A stretch of 64,000 nt of DNA from positions 1,810,964-1,874,963 of the forward strand of contig OZ245030.1 of assembly GCA_965223985.1 (NCBI GenBank), in the 5' to 3' direction. Of the stretch, positions 15,957 through 25,332 are shown piece by piece. The notes under the pieces were generated by a model, which had not been told where the DNA came from, did no database searches, and saw nothing but the letters and a program-made list of their open reading frames with translations. The stretch is from Candidatus Poribacteria bacterium. Lineage in GTDB: Bacteria; Poribacteria; WGA-4E; PCPOR2b. Within the stretch, counting starts at the first letter, position 1, and each line of letters opens with the position of its first letter. The translations under genes were made by a program, and so were the position numbers.

Positions 15957-17867
15957 TTATTCCTGGTTCTGTTCCTGCCGTGCCTTCTGAATCGCTTTGA
16001 GTCCATCCTGATAGGTTTGGTTTTCCGGTTGCAGGGTCAGCGCTTTCTGAATCGAACTCTCCGCCTTTGCATAATCGCTGTTGCAATAGTACAACCATGA
16101 CAGGGTATTTAGATAACGTGCTGAATCGGGTTGAAGTTCGACAGCCTTCTTCGCGAGTTTTAGCGCCTTGTGGGGGTTGGTGTTGTAAGTACCGTATAGA
16201 TGCGCCAACCGTTCGTAAGCAGCGTCAAAGGCAGGGTTCAAATCAATCGCACGCTGGTACGCCTGTGCGGACAAGTCAACCTGCTTCTGCCTAGCATAAG
16301 TCAGACCGAGGTAAAAATACGCCTCGAACATATCCGGTTGGAGCTTTACCGCGGCGTTCAGGCTGTTCAGTGCTGCATCTATTTGACCACTCTCCAGAGC
16401 GATGAGACCTAGCCTATAGTGGGGTTCGGCGAGATACGGGTCGTGCTCGATTACTTCCTGATAATGTTCTACAGCCCGTTGAAAATTGCCCTGTTGAAAA
16501 TAAACTCGCGCGAGACGTAAGCGAATTTGCAATCGATTTGGTTCAAGGGATAGGAGCTTTTCATAAGCCGTTTGAGCTTCTTGAAATCGGGCAAGTTCAA
16601 TGGCAATACTACCAATATTCAACAATGTCTGTGGGCTATCCGGTTTCAACTCAGCCGCCTTGCGATAGGCAAAAATCGCCTTTTCATAGTCTTCTCGGCG
16701 GTCAGAGGCTTGTCCCTTTTTTAGCCAAACGAGTCCCAACCCACTGTGTGCTGAAGCCATATCGGGTTTCAACTCGGCCGCACGCTGCTGCGCCTCAAGT
16801 GCCTCTTCCAGTCGGCCTTGAGTAGCATAGATATAACCCAGTCCATTATGTACCGCTGCTACATTTGGATCGTGCCAAAGTGCTTGTTTGAACTGCTGCA
16901 GCGCCTCCTCGAGTTTTTTCTCGTGGATGTATTTCCACCCCAGATTGGACAAGGCGGCGGCTTTTTCTGTACCTTGGGATGCACGCAGTACAGCGAGTTC
17001 GTCTACCTGATCGTCCCGAATTTGCCGGAACTTTTCCATCTCCTTTTCTGCTTCCGCTTTTTTGCCTTGCTTGAAATGTAGCAGCGCGAGCCGGTAGTAT
17101 GCGCTAGTCATTTGAGGGTCAAGTCGAATTGTCTCATGAAACGCACGCTCTGCTTGATCGTCCTCCTTCTTCCGAATGTGGACGAGTCCAAGTCGGAAAT
17201 GCGCCTCGGCAAGAGAAGGTTCCAGACGAATTGACTGTCGGTAGTATGCGGCTGCCTGATCGACCCGACCATACTCGAAAGCGACACGACCTAGAAAGTA
17301 ACTCACGCCGCCTGGTGTTAGCGGATTCATATGATACGCTTGCTGGACAACTGAGGACGGTGCAATTCGGTAACGTGGGGATTTCGACGTTGCCATCAGG
17401 GAAAATGCCTTTTTCCATGCGGCTTCCGCTTGATCGTAGTCGTGCTGCCGAAACCAAGCCATTCCCAACTGTGCGTAGGCCTGAGCCCAATCAGGAAAGT
17501 AGCGGATTGCTCCCTCGAATACGGTTATGGCTTTTTCGTAATCGTGCTGCCGCAAGTAGGTTCCACCCAAGCAGTAGTAAGCGGCGGTGTCATTGGCATC
17601 TAACCGGAGCGCACCTTCGAAAGTTTCTGCTGCTTCGTCCATCGCACCAAGTGACACATACGCCAGACCGAGGTTCAGATGCGCATCAACGGATGTTGGA
17701 TTCGCATCAAGGACTTTTTGATACGGGGCGATTGCCTCGTCCAAACTAGATGCTGTATCACCTTGGGCTTGTACGATCACGTATAGATTAAGAAAGACAA
17801 CTGATACACAAGCCATGATGCTACAATGGATAGGTATTCTAAAGGGGAAGCGAATATTCAAGCCCAT
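15957..17867 (-). CDS. secreted TPR-repeat protein (636 aa)
   Basis: N-terminal hydrophobic signal, then more than 12 tandem TPR units (AHxxLGLxY...AxxxYxxALxLxP). Confidence 0.85.
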   Translation of the reverse strand: MGLNIRFPFRIPIHCSIMACVSVVFLNLYVIVQAQGDTASSLDEAIAPYQKVLDANPTSVDAHLNLGLAYVSLGAMDEAAETFEGALRLDANDTAAYYCLGGTYLRQHDYEKAITVFEGAIRYFPDWAQAYAQLGMAWFRQHDYDQAEAAWKKAFSLMATSKSPRYRIAPSSVVQQAYHMNPLTPGGVSYFLGRVAFEYGRVDQAAAYYRQSIRLEPSLAEAHFRLGLVHIRKKEDDQAERAFHETIRLDPQMTSAYYRLALLHFKQGKKAEAEKEMEKFRQIRDDQVDELAVLRASQGTEKAAALSNLGWKYIHEKKLEEALQQFKQALWHDPNVAAVHNGLGYIYATQGRLEEALEAQQRAAELKPDMASAHSGLGLVWLKKGQASDRREDYEKAIFAYRKAAELKPDSPQTLLNIGSIAIELARFQEAQTAYEKLLSLEPNRLQIRLRLARVYFQQGNFQRAVEHYQEVIEHDPYLAEPHYRLGLIALESGQIDAALNSLNAAVKLQPDMFEAYFYLGLTYARQKQVDLSAQAYQRAIDLNPAFDAAYERLAHLYGTYNTNPHKALKLAKKAVELQPDSARYLNTLSWLYYCNSDYAKAESSIQKALTLQPENQTYQDGLKAIQKARQEQNQE

Positions 17868-18016
17868 CCCTCACCTCCGCACTTGAACGCGGTCCCGTTC
17901 ACATATCCCAAAAGAGGAAATGAACATCCCTGCGAATTCATTTACTCTTGAACACGTCGCCCAATCCATTTATTAATCCGTAGTGCATCTTCACCGAGGC
18001 AACACACGATTGGAAT

Positions 18017-18865
18017 CTACGCATTGCCGGTTGACACGGCACCTTGTCTATGAAATTCTTTAGGTTTCCACATAATAGGATAACCCGGCGGCCAGCCCTC
18101 GCCGCCCAAAGTCTCTTTGAATTCATCAGTCATCCCGCAGAGCCAGTAAAACATCTCGGCAGTGTCATACCAACCACGGAACTGTTGCCGAAAGTTGGGA
18201 CCATCTACATTGTATATGGGACTATGATCGTGTCCGAAGTCAAAATCCGGTTCGATGATCCAATCCCGCTGCGGCGGCACCGTTCGCCAATAGCAGTATT
18301 TCAGCATATTACGAATACCGCGCGCGGTGGACACCGAGCGACGATGCCATATCGAATAGACGGTGAGGAAAATCGATCCTGCGGGCGCGGCGGTTTTGAC
18401 TCCACCTCGAATTCCCCCGTAGTGCGACATCCAACTTTGCAAGCAAAAGAAAAAATGGGAACCCGGCACCACTTCCGTGGGTCCCATCTCTACTGGTGCA
18501 TCCTGCGGGTAATAGAAAACCTGCAAATGATTTAGCTCAGGAGCATAACGCGAGCCGCCATCGCGGTGCCAATTCTGATCTGGAGCGGGGCATTCGATAC
18601 GATGGTTGGCAATCCCTTTGGGAAGCGCAAAGTTCCTGCCCAGCAATGACCGTACTGCACCCGCTGCCTGGGGATTGAGCAGCACCTCCTCAACAAACCA
18701 TTCCTCTTGCAGAAGGGGGCCTTGTCCATGTGTTTCAATGAATTCAGAGGTTCTCCGGTTAATCTCATCTGGAACGACACCCTTCAACATTACAAAGCCG
18801 TTTTTGCAGAACTCCAGAACCTGTGTGTCGGTCAAGGTGGGTTCACTTTCGTTCGTATTTTTCAA
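18017..18865 (-). CDS. phytanoyl-CoA dioxygenase (PhyH) family Fe(II)/2-oxoglutarate oxygenase
   Basis: N-terminus EPTLTDTQVLEFCKNGFV, HxD motif in NWHRDGGSRY, and distal His in YSIWHRRS. Paralog of 49478, 50882 and 51781. Confidence 0.75.
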   Translation of the reverse strand: MKNTNESEPTLTDTQVLEFCKNGFVMLKGVVPDEINRRTSEFIETHGQGPLLQEEWFVEEVLLNPQAAGAVRSLLGRNFALPKGIANHRIECPAPDQNWHRDGGSRYAPELNHLQVFYYPQDAPVEMGPTEVVPGSHFFFCLQSWMSHYGGIRGGVKTAAPAGSIFLTVYSIWHRRSVSTARGIRNMLKYCYWRTVPPQRDWIIEPDFDFGHDHSPIYNVDGPNFRQQFRGWYDTAEMFYWLCGMTDEFKETLGGEGWPPGYPIMWKPKEFHRQGAVSTGNA

Positions 18866-19438
18866 GGTAAGTCACCTCCACGATGGTCACAGATACTTGA
18901 ACCGTAAAATTGCTGTGTCCATCAATATTTCAGTAAGTTAGGATATTGCGCCACGAATCAAGAATTAATGAAACTCGGATCTGAGAAACTTCTCAAGTGG
19001 TACAAAAAGGTTTCCAAGGATTTAAGATACAGTCAGAGTTCTGATTCGAAGATTGGGAAAGACCCAAATCCCAATGCACCTCGTTCTCTTAAGAATGCTA
19101 TATGCATCGAAAATGTCACCATCGCACAACATTTTACACGAATTTTCGGTTTTTGTCAAGATCGGCAAGCCACCTACAATAAAATTCAGTACCTTTATAA
19201 ATTACCAGGAACATCCGTTCCTAATACAGTGCCCGACCCAAATATTGTGGAGCATTGCGAGACTGAATTTCTATTGCATAAGGGAGTCTTTCCGCGTATA
19301 ATATCTTGCCTTAACTTAATGATGGCATCTTTATAGAGCAAAGCCGGTCAACAAACTAACTCGCCACAAATCATATCACACATTTTCTTTCCTTCGCAAA
19401 TGCCAGCAAATCATCTCAGTTGGATCACAAAATCTGAT

Positions 19439-19518
19439 AGATCAAGCGAACGAATAGTGAGTGCGATAGTCTTCTTGCCGGTTAGGACTATCGCCTTCGC
19501 TATTCGCTCAGTTGATTC
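19439..19518. repeat. palindromic intergenic repeat, copy 2
   Basis: Arms gcgaacgaatagtgagtgcgatagtc / gactatcgccttcgctattcgctc. Ends 4 nt before the likely ATG of the FG-GAP/ASPIC gene. Confidence 0.7.
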
Positions 19519-19522
19519 CTCC

Positions 19523-21187
19523 ATGTTCTTATTCACAATCTATTGTCTAGTGTTGTTTCCGGTCAGCACAATTGCTGTTACGGACGCTACCGTTCAATTC
19601 GTCGATGTTACTCAATCTGCGGGCATCCATTTTGCTCATGTTGATGGGCGCAGTGGGCAGAAATTTTTCATGGAAACCCTTGGATCCGGTGCCGCATTCT
19701 TCGATTACGACAACGACGGCGATCCAGATTTGTACTTCGTCAACGGTGCGCCCTTGCCGGGTTATCAGGGCACAGAAGTTCCTACCAATCGGCTTTACCG
19801 AAACAACGGGGATGGGACATTCATTGATGTCACCGAAATAGCAGGAGTGGGTGACACCGATTACGGGCACGGCTGCGCAGTCGGTGATTACAATGATGAT
19901 GGCTATCCCGATCTCTATGTTACAAACTATGGAGCCAATGTGCTCTATCGAAACAACGGCGATGGGACGTTTACCGATGTGACAGAGGACGCCGGCGTTG
20001 GGGAACCAATGTGGAGCAGTAGTTGTGCGTTTGCCGATTATGATCGAGATGGGGACCTCGATCTCTATGTGGTCAATTACATTGAGTTCAGTCTTGAGGA
20101 CAACCCCTGGTGTGGTCGAAAGGATAAGGGCATCAGGGGCTACTGCGAACCAAATAACTTTCCGGGACTACCGGATACACTCTATCAGAATAATGGAGAT
20201 GCGACCTTCACCGATGTGACCCGGCAATCTGGGATTTACAATCCAAATGGGAAAGGCTTGGGTGTGGTGTGGGGTGACTACGACAACGATGGGTATCCGG
20301 ACATCTACATCGCCAATGACTCAACCGAAAATTTCTTGTTTAGGAACAAAGGGGATGGCACATTTGAAGAAGTGGGGTTTTTCACCGGTGTTGCGTTTAG
20401 CGAAACCGGTGTGGCAGAGAATGGCATGGGCACGGCATTTGGCGACTGGGACAATGATGGATGGCTGGATTTGATAGTGACAAACTACGCAGACCAGGCA
20501 AACACGCTCTATCATAATGACCAGGCTAGCTTTTTTACCGACGTCTCGACTGCGGCCAAAACGGCGATTGTTAGCTATCCTTATCTCGGTTGGGCGACAG
20601 AATTTATCGATCACGACAACGATGGCTACCTAGACCTGTTTGTCGCTAACGGGCACCTCCACGATAATCTTGAAGAGATGGGAAGAGATGGTACCTATGC
20701 GCAGCGAAACTTCCTTTTCCGAAATAATCGCGATGGTGCTTTCACGGAAATCTCCAATCAACTAGGTCCAGGGATGCGCCTTGCAGATGTGAGTCGTGGA
20801 ACAGCGTTTGCGGATTATGATTTAGATGGGGACATCGATATTCTGGTGACCAATTCCAACAGTCCGCCTCGCCTGTTGCGCAATGATGGGGGAAACAAGA
20901 ACAATTGGTTGGCTGTTAAGTTAATTGGGACAAAGGGAGTGACAAATGCAATTGGTGCGCGTGTGACTGTCAACATAGGTGAATTTTCCCAAATGAAAGA
21001 GGTCCGGAGTGGTTCCGGTTATTTGTCGCAAAACGAACTCAAACTCCTGTTTGGACTCGGTAAGTTCACCACTGTCACACACATAGAGATTCAATGGCCA
21101 GGCGGGGGAAAGCAACACGTTAAAAATATCGACGCTAACCAGTGCATCGTTGTTACGGAAGGCGGCGGTTGGAGGCGGAAAAGATAA
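19523..21187 (+). CDS. FG-GAP/VCBS-repeat protein with C-terminal ASPIC/UnbV domain (CRTAC1-like)
   Basis: Repeated FxDYDNDGxxDLYVxN units and a C-terminal NNWLAVKLIG...GARV...SGSGYLSQNE...FGLG (ASPIC/UnbV). The ORF is open from 19400, but that extension reads through the palindromic repeat. Met42 begins a hydrophobic signal. Start uncertain. Confidence 0.8.
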   Translation: MFLFTIYCLVLFPVSTIAVTDATVQFVDVTQSAGIHFAHVDGRSGQKFFMETLGSGAAFFDYDNDGDPDLYFVNGAPLPGYQGTEVPTNRLYRNNGDGTFIDVTEIAGVGDTDYGHGCAVGDYNDDGYPDLYVTNYGANVLYRNNGDGTFTDVTEDAGVGEPMWSSSCAFADYDRDGDLDLYVVNYIEFSLEDNPWCGRKDKGIRGYCEPNNFPGLPDTLYQNNGDATFTDVTRQSGIYNPNGKGLGVVWGDYDNDGYPDIYIANDSTENFLFRNKGDGTFEEVGFFTGVAFSETGVAENGMGTAFGDWDNDGWLDLIVTNYADQANTLYHNDQASFFTDVSTAAKTAIVSYPYLGWATEFIDHDNDGYLDLFVANGHLHDNLEEMGRDGTYAQRNFLFRNNRDGAFTEISNQLGPGMRLADVSRGTAFADYDLDGDIDILVTNSNSPPRLLRNDGGNKNNWLAVKLIGTKGVTNAIGARVTVNIGEFSQMKEVRSGSGYLSQNELKLLFGLGKFTTVTHIEIQWPGGGKQHVKNIDANQCIVVTEGGGWRRKR

Positions 21188-21367
21188 CGCATAGCTCGAT
21201 TTTCAACTATCTCATACACTTCGGCTCTACATGGCTGACTGTGAGATGCAGACATGGCACCTCTACCATCAGTAAAAGACTCGACTACGCAAGTCAAACC
21301 ACAAATTATGACTGGCTCTAGAACGCAGGCGGCTGTGAGTCATATTACGAATGGTTCTGAACTTTTT

Positions 21368-21688
21368 TCATTCCGGCACATCAATTTCTAGACTCAACAG
21401 AAGGAACGAATACGACTTCCCATGAGTATCGAGAGCCAATGATTTGGTTACTCCACCGCCCAAGCAATTTTCGAGCACAAAATTCAGGGCGGAAACGTTC
21501 GGTGCTTCGTACCGCACAATCTCGCCATGGCAAATGTTCCGGAACAATGCTCGAACCCGTTCCACGGTGACCTCGCGACACACCAGGTCGTAATCTTCTT
21601 CCCGGTAGGGGATGACAGACAGATTCACGGCATCCCCCTTATCTCCCGATCGACTATGCGCTATTTCACGGAGTTGAATTCTTGTCAT
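21368..21688 (-). CDS. stand-alone AtuA-like ferredoxin-fold / DUF4387-like small protein
   Basis: 106 aa with AHSRSGDKGD near the N-terminus and ALNFVLENCLGGGV...LDTHGK, resembling the C-terminal module that accompanies DUF1446/AtuA proteins. Assignment from memory of the motif only. Confidence 0.45.
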   Translation of the reverse strand: MTRIQLREIAHSRSGDKGDAVNLSVIPYREEDYDLVCREVTVERVRALFRNICHGEIVRYEAPNVSALNFVLENCLGGGVTKSLALDTHGKSYSFLLLSLEIDVPE

Positions 21689-21780
21689 TCACCACCTCTG
21701 TCAGGTGTATTTTAAAATCAGATTGCTCCGAACGGAGTTTGAACATGGGAATTAAACCCACTGCCGGTGCATTCTTACTT

Positions 21781-23358
21781 TTAGCTGTTTGGGTCAATAG
21801 GGTCGCCGGGTTTCCCATTCACAAGTAGACGAATCGCAAGTCCAAACGTATGTGTGAACAGGCGCCCTTTTTCTTGAAGATGCCAGTTTTCTAAAAGACA
21901 AGCGTCAAGCGATTGCGCATCAATCTCAATAGCCTCATCAAGGATATTGACTTTCACACTCTGAACGACCGATTTGTGTTGATGGTCTAGTGCATCCGCG
22001 ATTCGCAAAATAGCGGCGAGCTTCGTTACCCGTTCCTTTTCAGCATACGAGAGCGCCTGGAAATGAACATGCTTCTGTTCATTGGGGAACGCTTTCCGAT
22101 GATAACGGGCGATATTTGCGATGAGTTCAATTTGCTGTGCTTGAAGCCCAACAACCTCCGAATTTGTTATCAAGTAGTAAGAGTGTTTATGGTGAGCACT
22201 CGAGTTGATATAGCCGCCAATCTCATGGAGTGTTGCAGCTACACGCAGAAGCATTCGAGATTCCCGTGGCAACTGATGCAGGGGTTGAAATTGATCAAAT
22301 AGCAACTCCGCTAGATAACGGACTTGTTGCGCATGCCCCAAATGAAAGTGGTATTTGTGTCCAAGTACAGTCGCCGCTTTGAGGATTTCTTCTTCCTCCA
22401 AGGTGGTGTCCCATGAATTTCGGTAGCGATCGATCATCTCTACAAGCGCTCCATCCTTGAGCCCGACATTCGCGGCATAGATCCCTTTCGCACCTACCAC
22501 ATTACTCAGCACTTCGGTAAGCACAAGACTTGCTGGCAGAATGACATCCGCCCGATCTACGCGCATGTCGTAGCGCTTCATACGTTCACTCGCACTCTGT
22601 TTAGAAATCTCTTTAACGAAACGCCGGAAATCACGCAGTGGAATAAAACAGACATCTTCCGGAAAACCGTTTTCTTCCCTTTCAACAATCCCGATTTGTC
22701 TGCTGATCTCTTCGACATTTCCACCGGTTCCCAGCACTAGGTCAAATTTGTAGGTGTTGATTGCATCCAGCGTCGTTTCGAGCAGTTGCTCCATGTAAGC
22801 CTTAAGCAGTAGAACCTGTAGGTCTGAAATGGAATCTGATCGGAGAAAGGTTTCACATAACCGCACCGTTCCCAATCGCAGGCTGTTAGAGTAGACAATC
22901 GAACCGTGATCGATAACATCGAACTCGACACTTCCGCCTCCGATGTCGATGACGAGAGCGGTTTTGTCGCGAAGATTGATTTTTCGCGTTACAGCGAGTT
23001 GGACGAGACGGGCTTCCTCTCCACCGGAAATTCGATCCAATTGGATGCCTGAACTACTGTGGATACGTTGTACAAAATTATCACCGTTGATAGCTTCACG
23101 TGTCGCGCTAGTCGCAATGGCACGAGTGGAATGAACTTTCGATTTCTTTAGGACATCTCGGAATTCTCCAAACGCCTCTATCGCTTGCTGGATAGCCTCT
23201 TCGGCTAGAAAACCTGTTAAGAAAACTTCATGCCCTAAACGTACAGGAGCCCGGCATTGATAAATTGGTTCAATAGATCCATCCGCTTGTACTTGAACGA
23301 TTTTAAGCCGCATAGCGTTGGATCCAACGTCAATGGCGGCAAACGATGCGTTTTCCAT
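21781..23358 (-). CDS. ppx: exopolyphosphatase / guanosine pentaphosphate phosphohydrolase (Ppx/GppA) with HD domain
   Basis: AAIDVGSNAMRLKIV (ASKHA phosphate-1), DIGGGSVE, and a C-terminal HD-type region (HKHSYYLI). Start set at the ATG after GAGGA. The ORF is open to 23382. Confidence 0.85.
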   Translation of the reverse strand: MENASFAAIDVGSNAMRLKIVQVQADGSIEPIYQCRAPVRLGHEVFLTGFLAEEAIQQAIEAFGEFRDVLKKSKVHSTRAIATSATREAINGDNFVQRIHSSSGIQLDRISGGEEARLVQLAVTRKINLRDKTALVIDIGGGSVEFDVIDHGSIVYSNSLRLGTVRLCETFLRSDSISDLQVLLLKAYMEQLLETTLDAINTYKFDLVLGTGGNVEEISRQIGIVEREENGFPEDVCFIPLRDFRRFVKEISKQSASERMKRYDMRVDRADVILPASLVLTEVLSNVVGAKGIYAANVGLKDGALVEMIDRYRNSWDTTLEEEEILKAATVLGHKYHFHLGHAQQVRYLAELLFDQFQPLHQLPRESRMLLRVAATLHEIGGYINSSAHHKHSYYLITNSEVVGLQAQQIELIANIARYHRKAFPNEQKHVHFQALSYAEKERVTKLAAILRIADALDHQHKSVVQSVKVNILDEAIEIDAQSLDACLLENWHLQEKGRLFTHTFGLAIRLLVNGKPGDPIDPNS

Positions 23359-23527
23359 GTTTAATTCCTCAACACTCAACATATTTACACGACGTGTGAG
23401 TTTAGCACATCTGTCATCATCAAGTCAACTCAATCCCACGCTAACTAGAAATCGCCGATTTGTAACACAAGATGCTATCCTATGCTGCTAATATAGGATT
23501 GGCAACTTCTATAATTTTCTAGACGGT

Positions 23528-23556
23528 TTGACATCAATCGAAAATTCGTGTAAAAT
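23528..23556 (+). promoter_or_regulatory. sigma70-like promoter (TTGACA-17 nt-TAAAAT) upstream of the EutN pair
   Basis: ttgaca 23528-23533, 17-nt spacer, taaaat 23551-23556. Confidence 0.45.
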
Positions 23557-23722
23557 TAGGGCGGAAAACCTTAAATGTCAAACCCTTCCTCTTTTGAAGT
23601 CTTTAACCCCTGCCGAGCGTCAAAATGCTTCGAAAGAGAAGGAAATCAAACTGAGCAATCACCGTGTCGAAGCTTGTCGAAATTAGGTACGATTGCGACG
23701 ATAATAGTCGGAAGCGAGATTC

Positions 23723-23998
23723 ATGGATATAGGAAGAATTATTGGAACTGTAGTTGCGACTCGAAAGGACCCGAGCTTAATTGGGACGCGGCTTCTAGTT
23801 GTACAGCCTCTGGATGCTAACGGCGACCCTGTAGCCACTCCCCTTATTGCTGTAGACCCACGCGGCGGCGCCGGTTATGGGGACATTATCTATATGGTGA
23901 CGGGTGGCGACGCGATCGCTGTCATTTCAGGACGTCAAATGCCCGTTGACGTTGCTATTGTTGGAATCGTCGATTCCATGACCGTAGCTAGGGACTAG
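23723..23998 (+). CDS. EutN/CcmL-family microcompartment vertex protein (BMC-P) 1
   Basis: 91 aa. G(R)IIGTVVATRK...LLVVQPLD..G.P......AVD..GAG.G..I....G......PVD.AIVGIVD aligns with the EutN/CcmL pattern. Confidence 0.8.
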   Translation: MDIGRIIGTVVATRKDPSLIGTRLLVVQPLDANGDPVATPLIAVDPRGGAGYGDIIYMVTGGDAIAVISGRQMPVDVAIVGIVDSMTVARD

Positions 23999-24000
23999 AG

Positions 24001-24297
24001 ATGTATATTGCAGAGGTAATTGGGAAGATTGTCTCGGTAATTAAGCATTCAGCTTACGAGAATCGAACCCTATTACTTATTCAACCTTTGAATTTAGAAT
24101 CCAAGCCCGTCAAAACCCCAACAATCGCTGTCGATTACGTGGGGGCTGGCGAAGGTGACGTCGTCCTTGTAGGGGCAGGACCGGGCGTTGCTCAGGAGGT
24201 CTTTGGCGTCGAAGATGCACCAATTAGAGAACTTGTAATGGGCATTATCGATCGATTTGATGTAGATGAATTAGATGAAACCAAGCACAAAATGTAG
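24001..24297 (+). CDS. EutN/CcmL-family microcompartment vertex protein (BMC-P) 2
   Basis: 98 aa. VIGKIVSVIKH...LLLIQPL...AVDYVGAGEGDVVLV...GIIDRF. Starts 2 nt after the stop of the first copy. Confidence 0.75.
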   Translation: MYIAEVIGKIVSVIKHSAYENRTLLLIQPLNLESKPVKTPTIAVDYVGAGEGDVVLVGAGPGVAQEVFGVEDAPIRELVMGIIDRFDVDELDETKHKM

Positions 24298-24425
24298 CAA
24301 AACGTGAAAACATCTAACGCCTTTATACGTTCTATTGTAGCACATACCATATATCTCGTCTAAATCCGGGCGTTAGCTGACTATTCTAATCATCAACTCT
24401 CAAATCGATAAAAGGAAGTCGTATC

Positions 24426-25190
24426 TTGTTAATTCCATTGCCCAGCCCGCCTCGAGTGGACAAACCTTCTAAAATTCCTCGGACGGTGCGGTTGTTAATT
24501 ATTGCCAACGTCCTCGTTTTTGCGTATCAACTTTATTACTGGCATTGTTGGGAGTTGAATCTCTCGGAACAGTACGGTACAATTCCCCAAAAGATCAGCG
24601 ATTTTGTTCTGTTTTTACCGCAACTCCCAGACCTATCTCATCCAACCCTAATTACTTCCCTATTTCTGCATGATGCATATAGCTTACAAGGGGGCTTTGT
24701 CCATCTCATAGGTAATATGCTTTATCTCTCAGCGTTTGGGCCCAATCTTGAGAACGTAATTGGACGGATGAAATTCCTCGTGTTTTATCTGTTGTGCGGT
24801 GTGTTAGCCACCCTCTTTTATGTCGTGTTTCACTATAACTCCGATGTGCCTTTGATTGGCGCGAGCGGCGCAATTGCAGGGGTGATGGGCGCTCACCTTA
24901 TCGCTTGCCCCAAATCTCGCATTCGATGTCTGTTTCTGATTTATATCGTCTCTTTGCCGGCGAGCGTTGTGCTTGTCCCTTGGATACTAGTCCAAGTGTT
25001 TAATTTTGTTTATCTTTCCTCCCAAGGTGCCACGGTGGCTTGGTTAGCACACATTGGTGGTTTTTTGGCAGGGGTGTTTTTTATTGGAAAATTCCAACTT
25101 TCATGGTTACCTCGGAAACGTGAGTCCTCCAATAGCTTAAAACATAAATATTCGAATGCTAAAATCCCTATAATGAAGATTGGCCGCTAA
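24426..25190 (+). CDS. rhomboid-family intramembrane serine protease
   Basis: Six or seven TM helices, catalytic GASGAIAGVMGA (GxSG) and HIGGFLAGV (His). TTG start as in the ORF track. Confidence 0.85.
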   Translation: MLIPLPSPPRVDKPSKIPRTVRLLIIANVLVFAYQLYYWHCWELNLSEQYGTIPQKISDFVLFLPQLPDLSHPTLITSLFLHDAYSLQGGFVHLIGNMLYLSAFGPNLENVIGRMKFLVFYLLCGVLATLFYVVFHYNSDVPLIGASGAIAGVMGAHLIACPKSRIRCLFLIYIVSLPASVVLVPWILVQVFNFVYLSSQGATVAWLAHIGGFLAGVFFIGKFQLSWLPRKRESSNSLKHKYSNAKIPIMKIGR

Positions 25191-25332
25191 TAGTTTAAGC
25201 TGCCTATAATCTTTGCACTACAGCGACCAGTAACACATTTGGGCATTGCATCGTGCCAATCGAGAATTTTTGTGCAATTCGCATGACGCGATTGGAAAAA
25301 CTGTAACTTACAAAATTAAGGAGATCGATGAA

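Noticed and set aside
17129-17749. 206-aa ORF (+) and 17134-17490 (-) inside the 636-aa TPR gene
   Set aside because: These are antisense or out-of-frame shadows of a repeat gene, with Arg/Ser/Pro-rich products.
18968-19336. 122-aa ORF (and the overlapping 19053-19301 ORF) in the 650-bp AT-rich gap between PhyH and the FG-GAP gene
   Set aside because: There is no RBS and no motif, the composition is typical of AT-rich non-coding DNA, and two overlapping frames are equally open. I left it uncalled.
23575-23820. 81-aa ORF overlapping the start of the first EutN gene
   Set aside because: It is Cys/Ser-rich and out of frame with the clearly homologous EutN ORF. It probably lies in the 5' leader.
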